Below the pieces are notes generated by a model that saw only the letters and a list, made by a program, of their open reading frames with translations, ran no database searches and was not told where the DNA came from. Shown here piece after piece: positions 45,889 through 56,900 of a stretch of 64,000 nucleotides of DNA; the first letter of the stretch is position 1; every line of letters begins with the position of its first letter. The translations under genes were made by a program, and so were the position numbers. Source of the stretch: a virus (Duplodnaviria; Caudoviricetes); IMG/VR virus record IMGVR_UViG_3300028603_000041, positions 5,998 through 69,997 of that record. One strand, given 5' to 3'.

Positions 45889-46601
45889 GACGGGTAGCGG
45901 CAGTGAGCTTTCTCTACGGGGAATGGCCAGAATCAGCCCCATACCTCGCCGGGCAGTACGTGAGGCGGCTGTATGATGGGGTGAGGCGCAACACGAGCTT
46001 TCCTGTAGACTTTTGGGTTGTTACGGATACTCGGAATTGGGACTATGTTGGTAGGCTGTTTTGCGGCAAGGTTTTCTACCACTCCTTTTTGCCAGTGTGG
46101 TGGGAGGGGTTGCGGTGGAACTTGAAGAAGGTCAGAGCGTTTGATCCTGAGCTAGGGTTAGGAATCTATGATTGGGTGCTGCTGCTCGATCTGGACCTGG
46201 TGATTACAGGGAGCTTGGATGAGTTCTTTCAGCCTCGGGACCGAATGATCACTTGCCGCGGGGCTTACCGGGATGCAATCGGCGGCAGTGTGATTGGGTT
46301 CGATCCAAATAGTGAGGAGCCAACCGGACTGGTGAGCTACCTAAAACACAACCAGAGGCTGATCGAGCAGGACACCAGAGGCAGCGAGAGAAAGTTCCTG
46401 GCCAAGGCTGTAAGTACCTGCGTCATCAGACAGCCGGGTTACTGGCAGGACATTCTGCCGGGGAAAGTGTTGAGTTACAAAGTGGATGGGGGGTTTGAGA
46501 ACGGGGCCAGCATAGTCAGGTTCCACGGTAGCCCAAGGCCCCATGAGGTCGATCATCTGGAGTGGATGGGCAAGCATTGGAGAGGAAATGGAGCGCACTA
46601 G
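45885..46601 (+). CDS. GT-A fold glycosyltransferase (GT8-like)
   Basis: LLDLDLVI, VRFHGSPRPHE. Confidence 0.8.
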   Translation: MRRVAAVSFLYGEWPESAPYLAGQYVRRLYDGVRRNTSFPVDFWVVTDTRNWDYVGRLFCGKVFYHSFLPVWWEGLRWNLKKVRAFDPELGLGIYDWVLLLDLDLVITGSLDEFFQPRDRMITCRGAYRDAIGGSVIGFDPNSEEPTGLVSYLKHNQRLIEQDTRGSERKFLAKAVSTCVIRQPGYWQDILPGKVLSYKVDGGFENGASIVRFHGSPRPHEVDHLEWMGKHWRGNGAH

Positions 46602-46947
46602 AAAGATTTGGGGAGAGCGGTGGTTGATACGGCAGGACAGCACTCATGCGAATTCTGTCCTGCTGCTTGAGCTAGGGATGGAGTGCAGTTGGCACCGGCA
46701 CCGGGAGAAATACAACGTATTCGCCTTGGTGGACGGTAAGGTCGGGATAGTGACTGAGGAGATCAGTGGCAGGAAAGAGACCATACTCCGCGGGGGCCAG
46801 AGTTTCATAGTGAAGCCTGGGCAGTGGCACAAATTCCGGGCCTACGAAGACAGCATTATGGTTGAGGAAATGTATGTGGAGTATGATGAGGGGGATATTG
46901 AACGACAGACCGTGGGTGGGAAATTCGAGTCTAGGGAGATCATTTGA
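46588..46947 (+). CDS. cupin-fold protein (sugar isomerase-like)
   Basis: CSWHRHREKYNVF..VKPGQWHKF. Confidence 0.78.
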   Translation: MERTRKIWGERWLIRQDSTHANSVLLLELGMECSWHRHREKYNVFALVDGKVGIVTEEISGRKETILRGGQSFIVKPGQWHKFRAYEDSIMVEEMYVEYDEGDIERQTVGGKFESREII

Positions 46948-47636
46948 TGCCTAATTACACAGACTCCCCAATCCTTGTTACCGGCTGCGCCCGCTCCGGT
47001 ACCTCACTCACTGCTGGTATCCTCGCCATCTGTGGAGCTTGGATAGGACAGACAACCGGCCCAACCAGCCACAATCGCCGGGGGCAGTTTGAGAACGAAT
47101 ACATTCGGGACAAGCTCACTAAACCTTTCCTGCGCTCCATCGGGGCTGATCCTATGGGACAGAAACCTTTGCCGGACTTATCCGAGGAGGCATTGAGGAA
47201 GTTCGGGCCAGAATGGCGGCTAAAGGTGATTTCTGCTATCCAGCATCAGGGTTATGTCGGTTCCTGCCCTTGGATGTATAAGGGAGCCAAGGCTTGTCTG
47301 GTCTGGCCAAAGTGGGCCGAAGCCTTCCCTGCTGCCAACTGGGTAATAGTCCGCAGGGCTGACGAAAGAATCATAGACTCCTGCCTGCACACAGGTTTCA
47401 TGCGGAAGTACCGAACCAGGGAAGGTTGGCAGGAGTGGATAGATCATCACAAGAGGCAGTGGGACGCCATGCACAAAACCAAACTGAACATTACTGAGGT
47501 TTGGCCGGATGAGTTGGTGCGGGCGATGCACTGGGATGAATACCGGATTGTTCGGTGGTTGGTTGAGAGCTTCGGCCTGAAGTGGCGGGAGCGGGAGGTC
47601 AAGGATTTTGTCGACCCCAAACTTTGGAACGGGTGA
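46944..47636 (+). CDS. sulfotransferase (Sulfotransfer_3-like)
   Basis: ILVTGCARSGTS, WMYKG, WVIVRR. Confidence 0.8.
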   Translation: MMPNYTDSPILVTGCARSGTSLTAGILAICGAWIGQTTGPTSHNRRGQFENEYIRDKLTKPFLRSIGADPMGQKPLPDLSEEALRKFGPEWRLKVISAIQHQGYVGSCPWMYKGAKACLVWPKWAEAFPAANWVIVRRADERIIDSCLHTGFMRKYRTREGWQEWIDHHKRQWDAMHKTKLNITEVWPDELVRAMHWDEYRIVRWLVESFGLKWREREVKDFVDPKLWNG

Positions 47637-47781
47637 AAGGACTAGGCTAAAGTGTACCCTGTGTCCGAGTTTCCGGGTCTACAGGACCTGTAAGGGCTGC
47701 ACGTACCTCTGCTGTCCCTGGTGCTGTAAAGGTGAGCCGGGAAAACCTGAGCGGCCAGTGGATTGCTGGAAGAAGGATTAG
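47608..47781 (+). CDS. Cys-rich small protein (57 aa, 9 Cys)
   Basis: TTG start with GGAGGT; KCTLC..TCKGC..LCCPWCC..DC; stop 3 nt before the next ATG. Confidence 0.45.
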   Translation: MSTPNFGTGERTRLKCTLCPSFRVYRTCKGCTYLCCPWCCKGEPGKPERPVDCWKKD

Positions 47782-47784
47782 GCA

Positions 47785-48183
47785 ATGGCAAATCGAGTTA
47801 CCGGAGCAGAAGTCAAAGAGATCATAAATACCGTTCTCACAGGAGACGAGGTTACGCCTTTCATTACTGCTGCAAATGCTGTGGTTACTGGTAAATGTGC
47901 TAACTATTACACCGAGGCAGAACTGAAGGAGATTGAGAGGTGGTTTTCAGCGCATCTGGTATCCATACGAGACCCCAGCAGATCAGCGGTTACAGAGCAG
48001 GGTATTGACGGTGGACCAAAACAGAGGTTTGCCCTTATGCCAAACTATCGGATAGGGCTGGCTACTACTCCATACGGGAGTCAAGTGCTGTTGCTCGATT
48101 ATGGGAACAAGCTGTCTGATCTTGGGCTGCGGCGCCTGATAAAGTTTACTTCGGTTGGTTCTCCAAATAAGGACTTTGGCTGA
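47785..48183 (+). CDS. head-tail connector (adaptor) protein
   Basis: ERWFSAHL, TPYGSQV; first neck gene. Confidence 0.75.
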   Translation: MANRVTGAEVKEIINTVLTGDEVTPFITAANAVVTGKCANYYTEAELKEIERWFSAHLVSIRDPSRSAVTEQGIDGGPKQRFALMPNYRIGLATTPYGSQVLLLDYGNKLSDLGLRRLIKFTSVGSPNKDFG

Positions 48184-48276
48184 TGTGGGTATGGGTGGCG
48201 GTAATAGTAGCATGTTCCGATTCTCGGAACGAGAATGCCTGATGGCTTTGGTCTACCTTGGCAAGAGGATTAGGTA

Positions 48277-48618
48277 ATGGACTATACCTGGGCACTGAAT
48301 CAGACTGCCGTATACTGGAAAAGGCTAGGACCTGATGGCTACGGGGACTGGCTATGGGAGGACCCGGTGGAGATAGACGTTCGCTGGGATGATGTGAGCG
48401 AAATGTTTACGGATGTGAATGGCGAACAGCGGATGAGTTTGGCAAAAGTGTTGGTGAACCAGGATGTTAAGGTTGGGGATTACCTGTACCTGGGGGATCT
48501 GGATGATATTGACAGCGCAGTTACCCCAGCCAATACCAAGACAGCTTACAGGGTACAGAAATTCGACAAGATCCCAGACCTTAGCGGCCAGGAGTTCTTT
48601 AGGAGGGCATGGGTATAA
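48277..48618 (+). CDS. head-closure protein
   Basis: NQTAVYW, PVEIDVRW; neck position. Confidence 0.72.
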   Translation: MDYTWALNQTAVYWKRLGPDGYGDWLWEDPVEIDVRWDDVSEMFTDVNGEQRMSLAKVLVNQDVKVGDYLYLGDLDDIDSAVTPANTKTAYRVQKFDKIPDLSGQEFFRRAWV

Positions 48619-48622
48619 ATAA

Positions 48623-49099
48623 ATGGCTGCAACCGTTTACCGCAAAACCAACCTTGATGCTGTACTAAAGCGCCTGAACCGCGAGATAGGCAAAATTGAG
48701 GGGGACGTGCAGAAGGGCCTTAGCCTTGGGATGGCCGAGATCAAGGGGGATAGCATGGAAAATACCCCGGTAGACACAGGCAACCTCAAAGGCAGTCATT
48801 ACTTGGTAAGCGGTAAAGGGGGAACAAATGAACTGGGTGGTGGTAATTTCAAGACCAGAGATGCTTCAAGCGCCAGGGTGGCCGCAGAGCACCAAGGTCA
48901 TGTGAGTGAAGCCAAGAGCAGAGCTGATGGTAAACGCTACCCGTTTTGTGAGATCGGGTGCACGGCCCACTATGCGGAAGAAGTACATGAGAACCTGGAA
49001 GCCCACCACCCCTCCGGTAAGGCCAAGTTTATGGAGGATGCCATAAGAGCCAAACAAAAGAAGCTTGTAGACGTAATTAAGAGGTTTGCTGCGAGATGA
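48623..49099 (+). CDS. HK97 gp10-like tail completion protein
   Basis: TPVDTGNLKGS, YAEEVHE, KAKFME. Confidence 0.82.
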   Translation: MAATVYRKTNLDAVLKRLNREIGKIEGDVQKGLSLGMAEIKGDSMENTPVDTGNLKGSHYLVSGKGGTNELGGGNFKTRDASSARVAAEHQGHVSEAKSRADGKRYPFCEIGCTAHYAEEVHENLEAHHPSGKAKFMEDAIRAKQKKLVDVIKRFAAR

Positions 49100-49509
49100 G
49101 CTACATAATCACCGACTACACTCCAGCTAGAGACATAGCAACCCTGCTGAACACCCTGGATTATGGCAGTATAGGGGTGGATATCCATGTGCACAGGGAG
49201 CCTGATGGGGATGAGGTGCTGGATAATGTGATCACCGTATATGATACCTCTCCCTGGCGCCCACCAGAGCTTGAGTACTCCTGGGAGTACCCGAGCTGCC
49301 AGATCAGGGTCCGTCGCAAGGCCGGTAACAAGGAAACTGCCAAGGCTGCTGTGCTGGCAATTATGGATTCTCTGCATGCCTATACCGGATCGGTTGGGAG
49401 TAATACTTACCACCTAATCCGGGTGGTAAATGGTCCTGTAGATATTGGAGAGGATGACCGGGGGCGTTCCCGGTTCACCTTCAACATAGAGATGCATCGG
49501 TCAACGTAG
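49096..49509 (+). CDS. tail terminator protein
   Basis: YPSCQIRVR, GEDDRGRSRFTFN. Confidence 0.72.
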   Translation: MSYIITDYTPARDIATLLNTLDYGSIGVDIHVHREPDGDEVLDNVITVYDTSPWRPPELEYSWEYPSCQIRVRRKAGNKETAKAAVLAIMDSLHAYTGSVGSNTYHLIRVVNGPVDIGEDDRGRSRFTFNIEMHRST

Positions 49510-49539
49510 TTGACAGTTAAAACGAAAGGAGAGGGTTAG

Positions 49540-49983
49540 ATGAGCAATGCGTTTGTACCTATTGGCACCCAATTCCTGATTGGGGACAAGCACAGTGGTG
49601 AGACCTTTACCGCTGTGGCAGAGGTGAATCGGATCAGCGGTCTTGGATGGTCGAGGGACCTGGTGGAAACCACCTCACTCGACACCACAGGCGGCTATCG
49701 TACCTGGTTGCCTACGCTCCGCGATGGAGATGAAATCACCGTTGACATGAACTTCACCGTAGTCAACTGGGACAAGTTCCGCGACATCTTTGAGAGCCAG
49801 GAGGAAGAATCAGACTCTTGGGACTTCCGAATCAACATCAAGGCTGGGGCGGTTTCCAAGTACACCTGGGAATTCCAGGCGTTCATCCGCAACATTGCGG
49901 TTGGTGACATCAGCCCGGATGACAAGCTCTCCATGAGCCTGACCCTGAAGATCACCGGAGCCCCGACTGAGACCAGTGGTTAA
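49540..49983 (+). CDS. major tail tube protein
   Basis: ETTSLD, PTLRDG, LKITG; siphoviral TTP position. Confidence 0.85.
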   Translation: MSNAFVPIGTQFLIGDKHSGETFTAVAEVNRISGLGWSRDLVETTSLDTTGGYRTWLPTLRDGDEITVDMNFTVVNWDKFRDIFESQEEESDSWDFRINIKAGAVSKYTWEFQAFIRNIAVGDISPDDKLSMSLTLKITGAPTETSG

Positions 49984-50002
49984 TTGATGTGAACCTTTAA
50001 AC

Positions 50003-50052
50003 CTGAGTGGCTGGGTTCTAGGGGGAGCGGTTCCCCCTACCAGCCAACTCAG
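50003..50052 (+). other. long nested hairpin between tail tube and chaperone genes
   Basis: CTGAG..GGCTGG / CCAGCC..CTCAG enclosing TAGGGGGA / TCCCCCTA. Confidence 0.55.
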
Positions 50053-50079
50053 AAAACCAAGCGGAAGGAGATCAAACAG

Positions 50080-50496
50080 ATGGATGTAGCAGCAGACAAA
50101 CCTAAGATTCTCGGCAGAGACCAGATCCTGAAGGCTGAGGACATTAAGCGGGAATTCGTGGACATGAGCTACTGGTGGGGTGATGGTGGTGTCGTTGTCC
50201 GCGGAATGACCGGCAAGCAGCGTGGTCGCTTCGAGGCCAAGATGGGTCTCAATAAGGGCAAGGATCAGCAGAAGAACTGGGAGCGATTCCGCGCAGAGAT
50301 GCTGGTTGAAACCGTGGTGGACTATGACGACCAACCCATCTTCCGCCTGCAGGATGTTGAGGCTCTGAACGAGAAAAGTGCAGAAGCCCTGGACCATTTG
50401 GTTAATGTGGCCAGGCGCCTTTCCGGGTACCGCAAAGAAGATGTGGACGAGATGACAAAAAACTCGCAAGAAGACCAGAGCGACGATTTTATCTAA
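50080..50496 (+). CDS. tail assembly chaperone G
   Basis: located between TTP and TMP; slippery A AAA AAC near the 3' end. Confidence 0.85.
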   Translation: MDVAADKPKILGRDQILKAEDIKREFVDMSYWWGDGGVVVRGMTGKQRGRFEAKMGLNKGKDQQKNWERFRAEMLVETVVDYDDQPIFRLQDVEALNEKSAEALDHLVNVARRLSGYRKEDVDEMTKNSQEDQSDDFI

Positions 50497-50951
50497 GGCT
50501 AGCTCTGGAGCTGGGATATCCCAGTGCAAACCGGATGCTCACTGAAATGTCGAGTGAGGAGGTAACGGAGTGGATGGCTTACGACAGGCTGGAGCCAATC
50601 GGACACACCAGAAGGGAGTGGGAACTTGCCAGGTTGGTTTCAGCTGTTTGGTCGGCGGCACTAGCAACTGCCATGACCAAGAAGAGGCCCAAGCTCCCAC
50701 CCCCGGGCGAGTTCCTGGAGCAGTGGGATCTGGTGAGCAAAGTGTTGAAGAAGCTGGAGAGCGAGGATGTGGAGGAGGGAGTGGCCAGCAGCACGATTCA
50801 AACCATTACTTCCAGCATCGGTAAGGGTGTGTCGGTGTTCGAGGGGGATGCCCCAACAGTGAAGCGTATCGGAAAACGAGCCACCAAACCCAACAGCAAA
50901 CGCAGGGCCAGGATTGACAAGCTTCTGCGAGAAATGGAACCGATAGATTGA
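50457..50951 (+). CDS. tail assembly chaperone T portion, reached by -1 frameshift
   Basis: AAAAAAC at 50457-50463; -1 frame is open: KLARRPERRFYLRLALELG..MSSEEVTEWMAY. Confidence 0.82.
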   Translation, partial: KKLARRPERRFYLRLALELGYPSANRMLTEMSSEEVTEWMAYDRLEPIGHTRREWELARLVSAVWSAALATAMTKKRPKLPPPGEFLEQWDLVSKVLKKLESEDVEEGVASSTIQTITSSIGKGVSVFEGDAPTVKRIGKRATKPNSKRRARIDKLLREMEPID

Positions 50952-53900
50952 ACCTCGGGTCTTTGCTCTACCAGATCGGTGCAGACACATCCCCGCTGAA
51001 GAACGCTGTTCGAGAAGTGCGGAATGCTACCAAACAAATGGACAGCGACTTCGGTAGGGTTAAAAGCTCTGTGAGCAGGGTAGCTGCCAGCTTTACTAGC
51101 CTGAAGGCAGCGGTGGCTGGAGTTGTGGCAGGAGCAGCAGTTAAGGGATTGTTGGACACTGCCACAGCCCTGGACTCGATGGCCATTAAGATGAAATTCG
51201 CCACCGGGGAAGCCAGCAAAGCCAGCAAGGAATTCGCATATGTCAGCCAGCAAGCAGAGAAGCTGGGGCTGGATATAAAGAGTTCGGTTGATTTTTTTGC
51301 GAGCTTTGCGGCAGCGGCCAGAGGCACTAGGGTAGAGGGCCAGGGGGTTAGGGAAGTATGGACTGCTGTGGCGGAATCTGCGGCCGTTATGCAGTTGTCG
51401 GCTGAGGAGTCTGAGGGGGCCATGAGAGCCCTCACGCAGATCATGTCCAAGGGCAAGGTGCAGGCTGAAGAACTCAGAGGACAACTGGGTGAAAGAATTC
51501 CTGGCGCCTTTCAGATAGCAGCCAGGGCTATGGACATGACAACCCAGGAACTAGATAAGTTCATGGCTGAGGGTAAGTTGCTGGCTGAAGACTTCCTGCC
51601 AAAGTTCGCCGCCCAGATGCGCAAAGAGATGGCTGGTAGTGTGGGAGAGGCTGGGGAAACTATGCGGGCCGAACTCAACCGCATGTCTACGGCTTGGTTG
51701 GAGTTGCAGAAGACGTTACTGGATGTGGGCCTTGGGGATGCCTTGAAAGAGGCAGTAAAAGCCTCAACCTCTGCCATGCAGGACCTGATCGGTTGGATAG
51801 AGGACAATGAAGCCGCCATTGATGGGCTGAAGCAGGTAATAGGGGAGCTGATTGATTTTATTGGGGACCTGATAGCAATCCTGGGTTCCATTAATTTCGG
51901 CTTTATTGACTTCCTTATCTCAGCACAGGAGGAGACTGATAAAGCGGCTGAGGCCATGCGTAACTATGGTAGGGACACTAAGGACACGCTTGAGGCCAAT
52001 ACCACTAACTGGAGTATCTTTGTTGCCTCGATGGGGGATTATGGTAGGGATGTAATAGCCACATTCAAGTTCATGGGGAAGGCGATTGGTGAGGTGTTTG
52101 GGTACATCGTACTTGCGGCTTCTGAGGGATTCGGCCTGGTGGTTAAGGTAGCCTATGAAGCAGCTAGGTTGGTGACAGATGCTTTTACCAACATCGGGTC
52201 CCTGCTAATCAGTGTGTTTACTTTCGACATTAGGGGTATCCAGGATGCTATGGGTTCTCTGGTGTCTGATTTCCAGGGCTCAGCTTCTGGACTCCTACAG
52301 ATTGGGGACCAAACCTCAGCTAAGTTACAGGCCCAGTTTAAGGCGCTGGTTAAGGGAATCGGTGATGGGCTGGATGAGCTTGGTAGGGAGTACGCCAGGG
52401 TTCCAGAATTTGTCGAACCTACCAGAAAGGCCGTGAACAAGTTAGAGCAGGCTTTTGATGATGCTCAGAACCCAGAGCTTGCTTTCGCCAGGGGAATGGA
52501 GGATGCGGCTAGTAGAGCCAGTGAACTCATCAAGGCTATGGAGCCTATACCTGGGGTTATTGATAAGACAGGCAAGCAATCCAAAAAGACTATGGAGGAC
52601 GTTGATCAGTTCTTCCGTGGTTTTGATGATGCTGTGGAGGATCTGAAGAGGGACCTGGCAGAGCTGCAGGGAACTTTCGATCCTGAAGAACTGCAGATTG
52701 AGAAGTGGGGGGAGCAATTAAAGGAGGAGTTTGATAAGGGGGTCACCGATCTTTACGAAAGCTTGGTTGAACTTGAACAGAAGTTGAAGAAAGCCAAGAT
52801 AGTGGACCCGACAATTCTGGATCAGATAGATGAGGAGAGGCAGAAGCTTGAGGACCTAAAAAAGACTCAGGAGGATTACAATGAAGTAGTTGATGAAACG
52901 GTGAAGGCCAAGAAGAGACTGAAGCAAGTTCAAGAGGATATGTCGGTAGCGGAACTGAATGTCCAGTATAAGCAGCTAACAGGCACTATACGGGATCAGA
53001 TCACGGCGGAAAACCAGTGGATAGACCTCAAGCTTGAGGAACTCAGAATCCAGAGGGACGTTACTCATAAGATCAGTGCTGCTGAGACAGCAATGCAGGA
53101 ACAAATATACCTGTACCAGCAGCAGTACAACGAACTGAGGAAAACCGGTAGCCTGTTGGACGGTATGGCTCATGGGTTTAGAGAGCTTGGTCGGGAGATG
53201 GGTACAGCCTTCGATCTCGGCGTACAGTTGGCCGATGACCTCTACAACGCCATAGGGGATGTATTTGATAGTGTTGTCAAGAACGGGCGCGATATCGAGG
53301 AAGTATTCTCAGACATGGCCGACGCGATTCTAGCCGCCATTGCCAAGATAGCCACCCAGCAAATAATAATACCTGTGATTTTCGATATCACCGGACTTGG
53401 TGGGTTGTTTGGCGCGGGGGGTAGTTCATCGGCTGCTGTGAATGCCTCAGTTGGGGCTATTCAAGGTGGGGGAAGTGGTGGGTTAGGTGATTTATTGGGT
53501 TTGGGGAGCCTTTTAAAAGGTGATTGGTTATCCGGGATTCTCGGAACAGAATTATTTACATTCGGTGGTGGTGCAGGCTCAACCGGGTCGCTAGGTTTGT
53601 TGAACGCTGGTTTTCTTGACGCTGCTAATGCCACAAACGCATACACTTTCACTCTTGGCAGTGTGATCACAGGGCTTGGCGGATTAGCTTCAGCGGCATT
53701 CGGCGTTATGGACTTGCTGGAAGGTGATTGGCTTTCCGGCGGTGGCGGGGTGCTTGGTGGTGGCTTAATGATGGCGAGCCTTATACCAGGTATGCAGTTT
53801 CTTGCTCCCATTGGAGCAGCGGTATCCCTGCTCTCTTCTCTTTTCGGAGGGCTTTTCGAATCTGAGCCTCGAATCGAAATGGACATCGGCCCCGAAGGCT

Positions 53901-56900
53901 GGGAGATTGGTGGAGATATAGAAGATGACGCCAAAGCCGAGGTCGAAAAGGCGATAGAGAATTATTTTGACAGTCTGGAGCAAGCCTTCAAGGTCGACAT
54001 CGGGCAGATACTCAGAGACAACCCGGATCTCGCCACCAACTGGACGATCAAGGGTGAGGACGAGATCGGCGAAGTAACCGACCTTGCCGGCCGCTGGCTG
54101 GACGACTTCTGGCGGCAATATGCGGATGCTATAGCAGATGCCGTATTCGGTGAGGGCATGGGCTTCAATGTCGAGTTCTTCGAGGGGCTTGGACTCTCAT
54201 GGTACGGCATGGAAGAGGGTGAGCTTGCCGAACAAATTACAGAGATTGTGGGCTATTTGTACGCCCTGCAAGAGGCCGGGATAGACGTTAATCAGGCGCT
54301 CAACGACCTTAAATTCACTTTCTTCGAAGCCGGTGGCGATCCGTTCGAAGACTTGGGCGATTTCTTTCAAAACCTGCAGGCCGAAGGTGAGGAAATCGGC
54401 GCGACGATGGCGCGGGTGATCTCAACACTTGACATCATTCCTGACGGCCTAGAGCGCATGGCCGAACTGGTTTCTGGCATCGACCGAAGCATAGCCGATG
54501 CCTGGGAACCTGCCATTGCCGAGATTTACGGCGCAGAGGGGGCAAGCGCGATAATCGAGACGATCATGAACGACCTGGCTGCCGGGTGGTCAATCGAAGA
54601 GATCATGGCGCAGATGGAGTCATGGGGTATCAGCGACTACGGCTACCAGATGGTCAATGCTTTTGCGCAAGCACTTATCGCCGGCATTGGTGAGGGGATG
54701 AGCGAGGAAGAAGCCTACCAACTGCTCGAAAATCAACTCACATTCGCCAGCGAGCTGATGATGCCTGCCATTGATGCAGCACTGGCGGCGGCCATCGAGG
54801 ATGATTTCAACCTTGATACATTCGAGGAAGCCTTTATCGAGTCGATGGAAGCAAGCCTTGTAGCGGCCCTGACCCAAGTTGCTATGGATAAGATTTTTAA
54901 TGAATTGATCGTCTCTACCTTCTCCGACTTCGGCAATCTGTACGACTTGATAGCCAGCTATGTTGCCGGGGATATTACCGCAATCGACCTGACAACTGGG
55001 TTCACCGGCATTATGGATCAACTCGGGCCTGCGCTAGAGGCGATCAGTCCGATTATTGAAGAGCTTTTTGAAGTCATCCAAACCTTCTATACGGGAGTCG
55101 ATGAGGTAGTTGACGATGCAGAAAATTATACCGAGTGGTTGGACAATCTAAATAATGCTTTCGATGCCAGCGGGATAGAGGCATACGTTGATGAATACGA
55201 AGATTTAGTCAAGTGGCGTGATGATGAAATAGAAGCATTGGGTAAGCTTGAAACTACCTCAGCGGAAGCTGCCCAAGGCATTGCTCGGGTACTTACAATT
55301 TTTTACGAGCAGGTGCAAGAAATTCTTTCCGATATCACTGGGAATTGGGATGTAGAGTCAGGTAACGAGTATCAAGATGTGCTAGATGACTTAAATGAGA
55401 AATACGATGAAACCATAGACACCTTGAATGAACTGGCCGCTGTCGGTATAGATGTTTCAGATGCGGTCGATCAAGTCACAGAAAGCTACCAACAACAAGT
55501 CAATGTAATTGTCGGTGATCTAATACGGGCAATAAAAGATGTCCAGTGGGCGATGCTGGAATGGACATATCAGATTGAGAGTATGATTGCCGACATTACC
55601 CAAGACTTCACACAGCTCGCCAGTATCGCCTCCGAGATGAACCAGCAGGCTTATGCGGACTTCCAGGAAGCCTTTGCGATGGGAGACTATACCGCTGCTT
55701 TAGGCTATCTGCAGAACATGATCGACGCCTCCATGAATTGGTATAACGCGATGGTGAGCCAGATCACCGCCAAGTATGCAGCCATGATCGATGCTGCAAA
55801 TGCGGCGGCGGATGCAGCAAGGAATGCGATTGAAGCTAGTTATGAAGCTCAGATTGAGGCAATCGAAGCCGAGATTGATGCCTTGGATGACCTGAGAGAC
55901 GAGCGCCAAGAGTATTGGGAAGCTGAGATTGACGCAGTACAGGAGCTGTTGGACGTGGCAGAGGCTTTTGCCAGGGTGGTGGACCAAGTTCACGATCAGA
56001 TTATGGACATGCTACTGACTGAAGTCAACCCGACAGACGAGTTCGAGCGGTTGGCCATAGCGCAAAGCGAAGTAAACCGGCTCATGGCATTGTGGCAAGG
56101 GGCGAGTGGGGAGGAACGGGCAGACTATGCTTCCGAGCTGGCCGATGCCTTGCGAGACTTGCTGGGACTAGCCGGGGAAGCCTATCCTGATGTCGCAAGC
56201 TCAGGTTATCAGCAGATTTATGATTATGTGCTGGATGCCTTGCAGAATATCCAAGCTGACGCAGAAAGCCAAGCTGCCAGCATCGAAGATCTAACTCAGC
56301 AGCTGGTTGACCTCAACGAAGCTATGGAAGCAGAACTGGCCTCTATTGATGACCAACAGGAAGCTCTAAGAGATGAGATCGATGCGCTAAATGAAGCCAT
56401 GCAAGATGCACTAGATTCTATCGACTCCGGTGTAGATGAACTCAATGAGGCCATGCAAGCCGAGCTTGATGCCTTGGCTGCCCAAATGGTTCAACACTTG
56501 GAATGGATTCAAGAACTCGGTGAGTATACCTATGAGATGGAGGCCGAGAAGCTACAACAGACGCTGGAGGGGATTTTGGGCACCAACGAGCTACTGGAAG
56601 CCGGAGTGGTGGATACTGGGCTATTGCAGTTGAACGAAATGCACGATATCAATCTTTGGAGTCAGGAATTGGCCCGTATAGCGAATGAGCAATATTCTCT
56701 CACCGCCGAGACAAACCGCATAGGAAATGAACAATACGCTATGCTGTACTATATCTACCAAGCCATTTCTGGGCTGGCATCATACGATGTAGGTACGCCG
56801 TATGTACCTCAAACCGGGCTGGCGATGCTGCATGCTGGCGAAGCGGTAATCCCGGCAGCTTATAACAATGGTGGCAGCAGCACATCCAGCGGCGATATTA

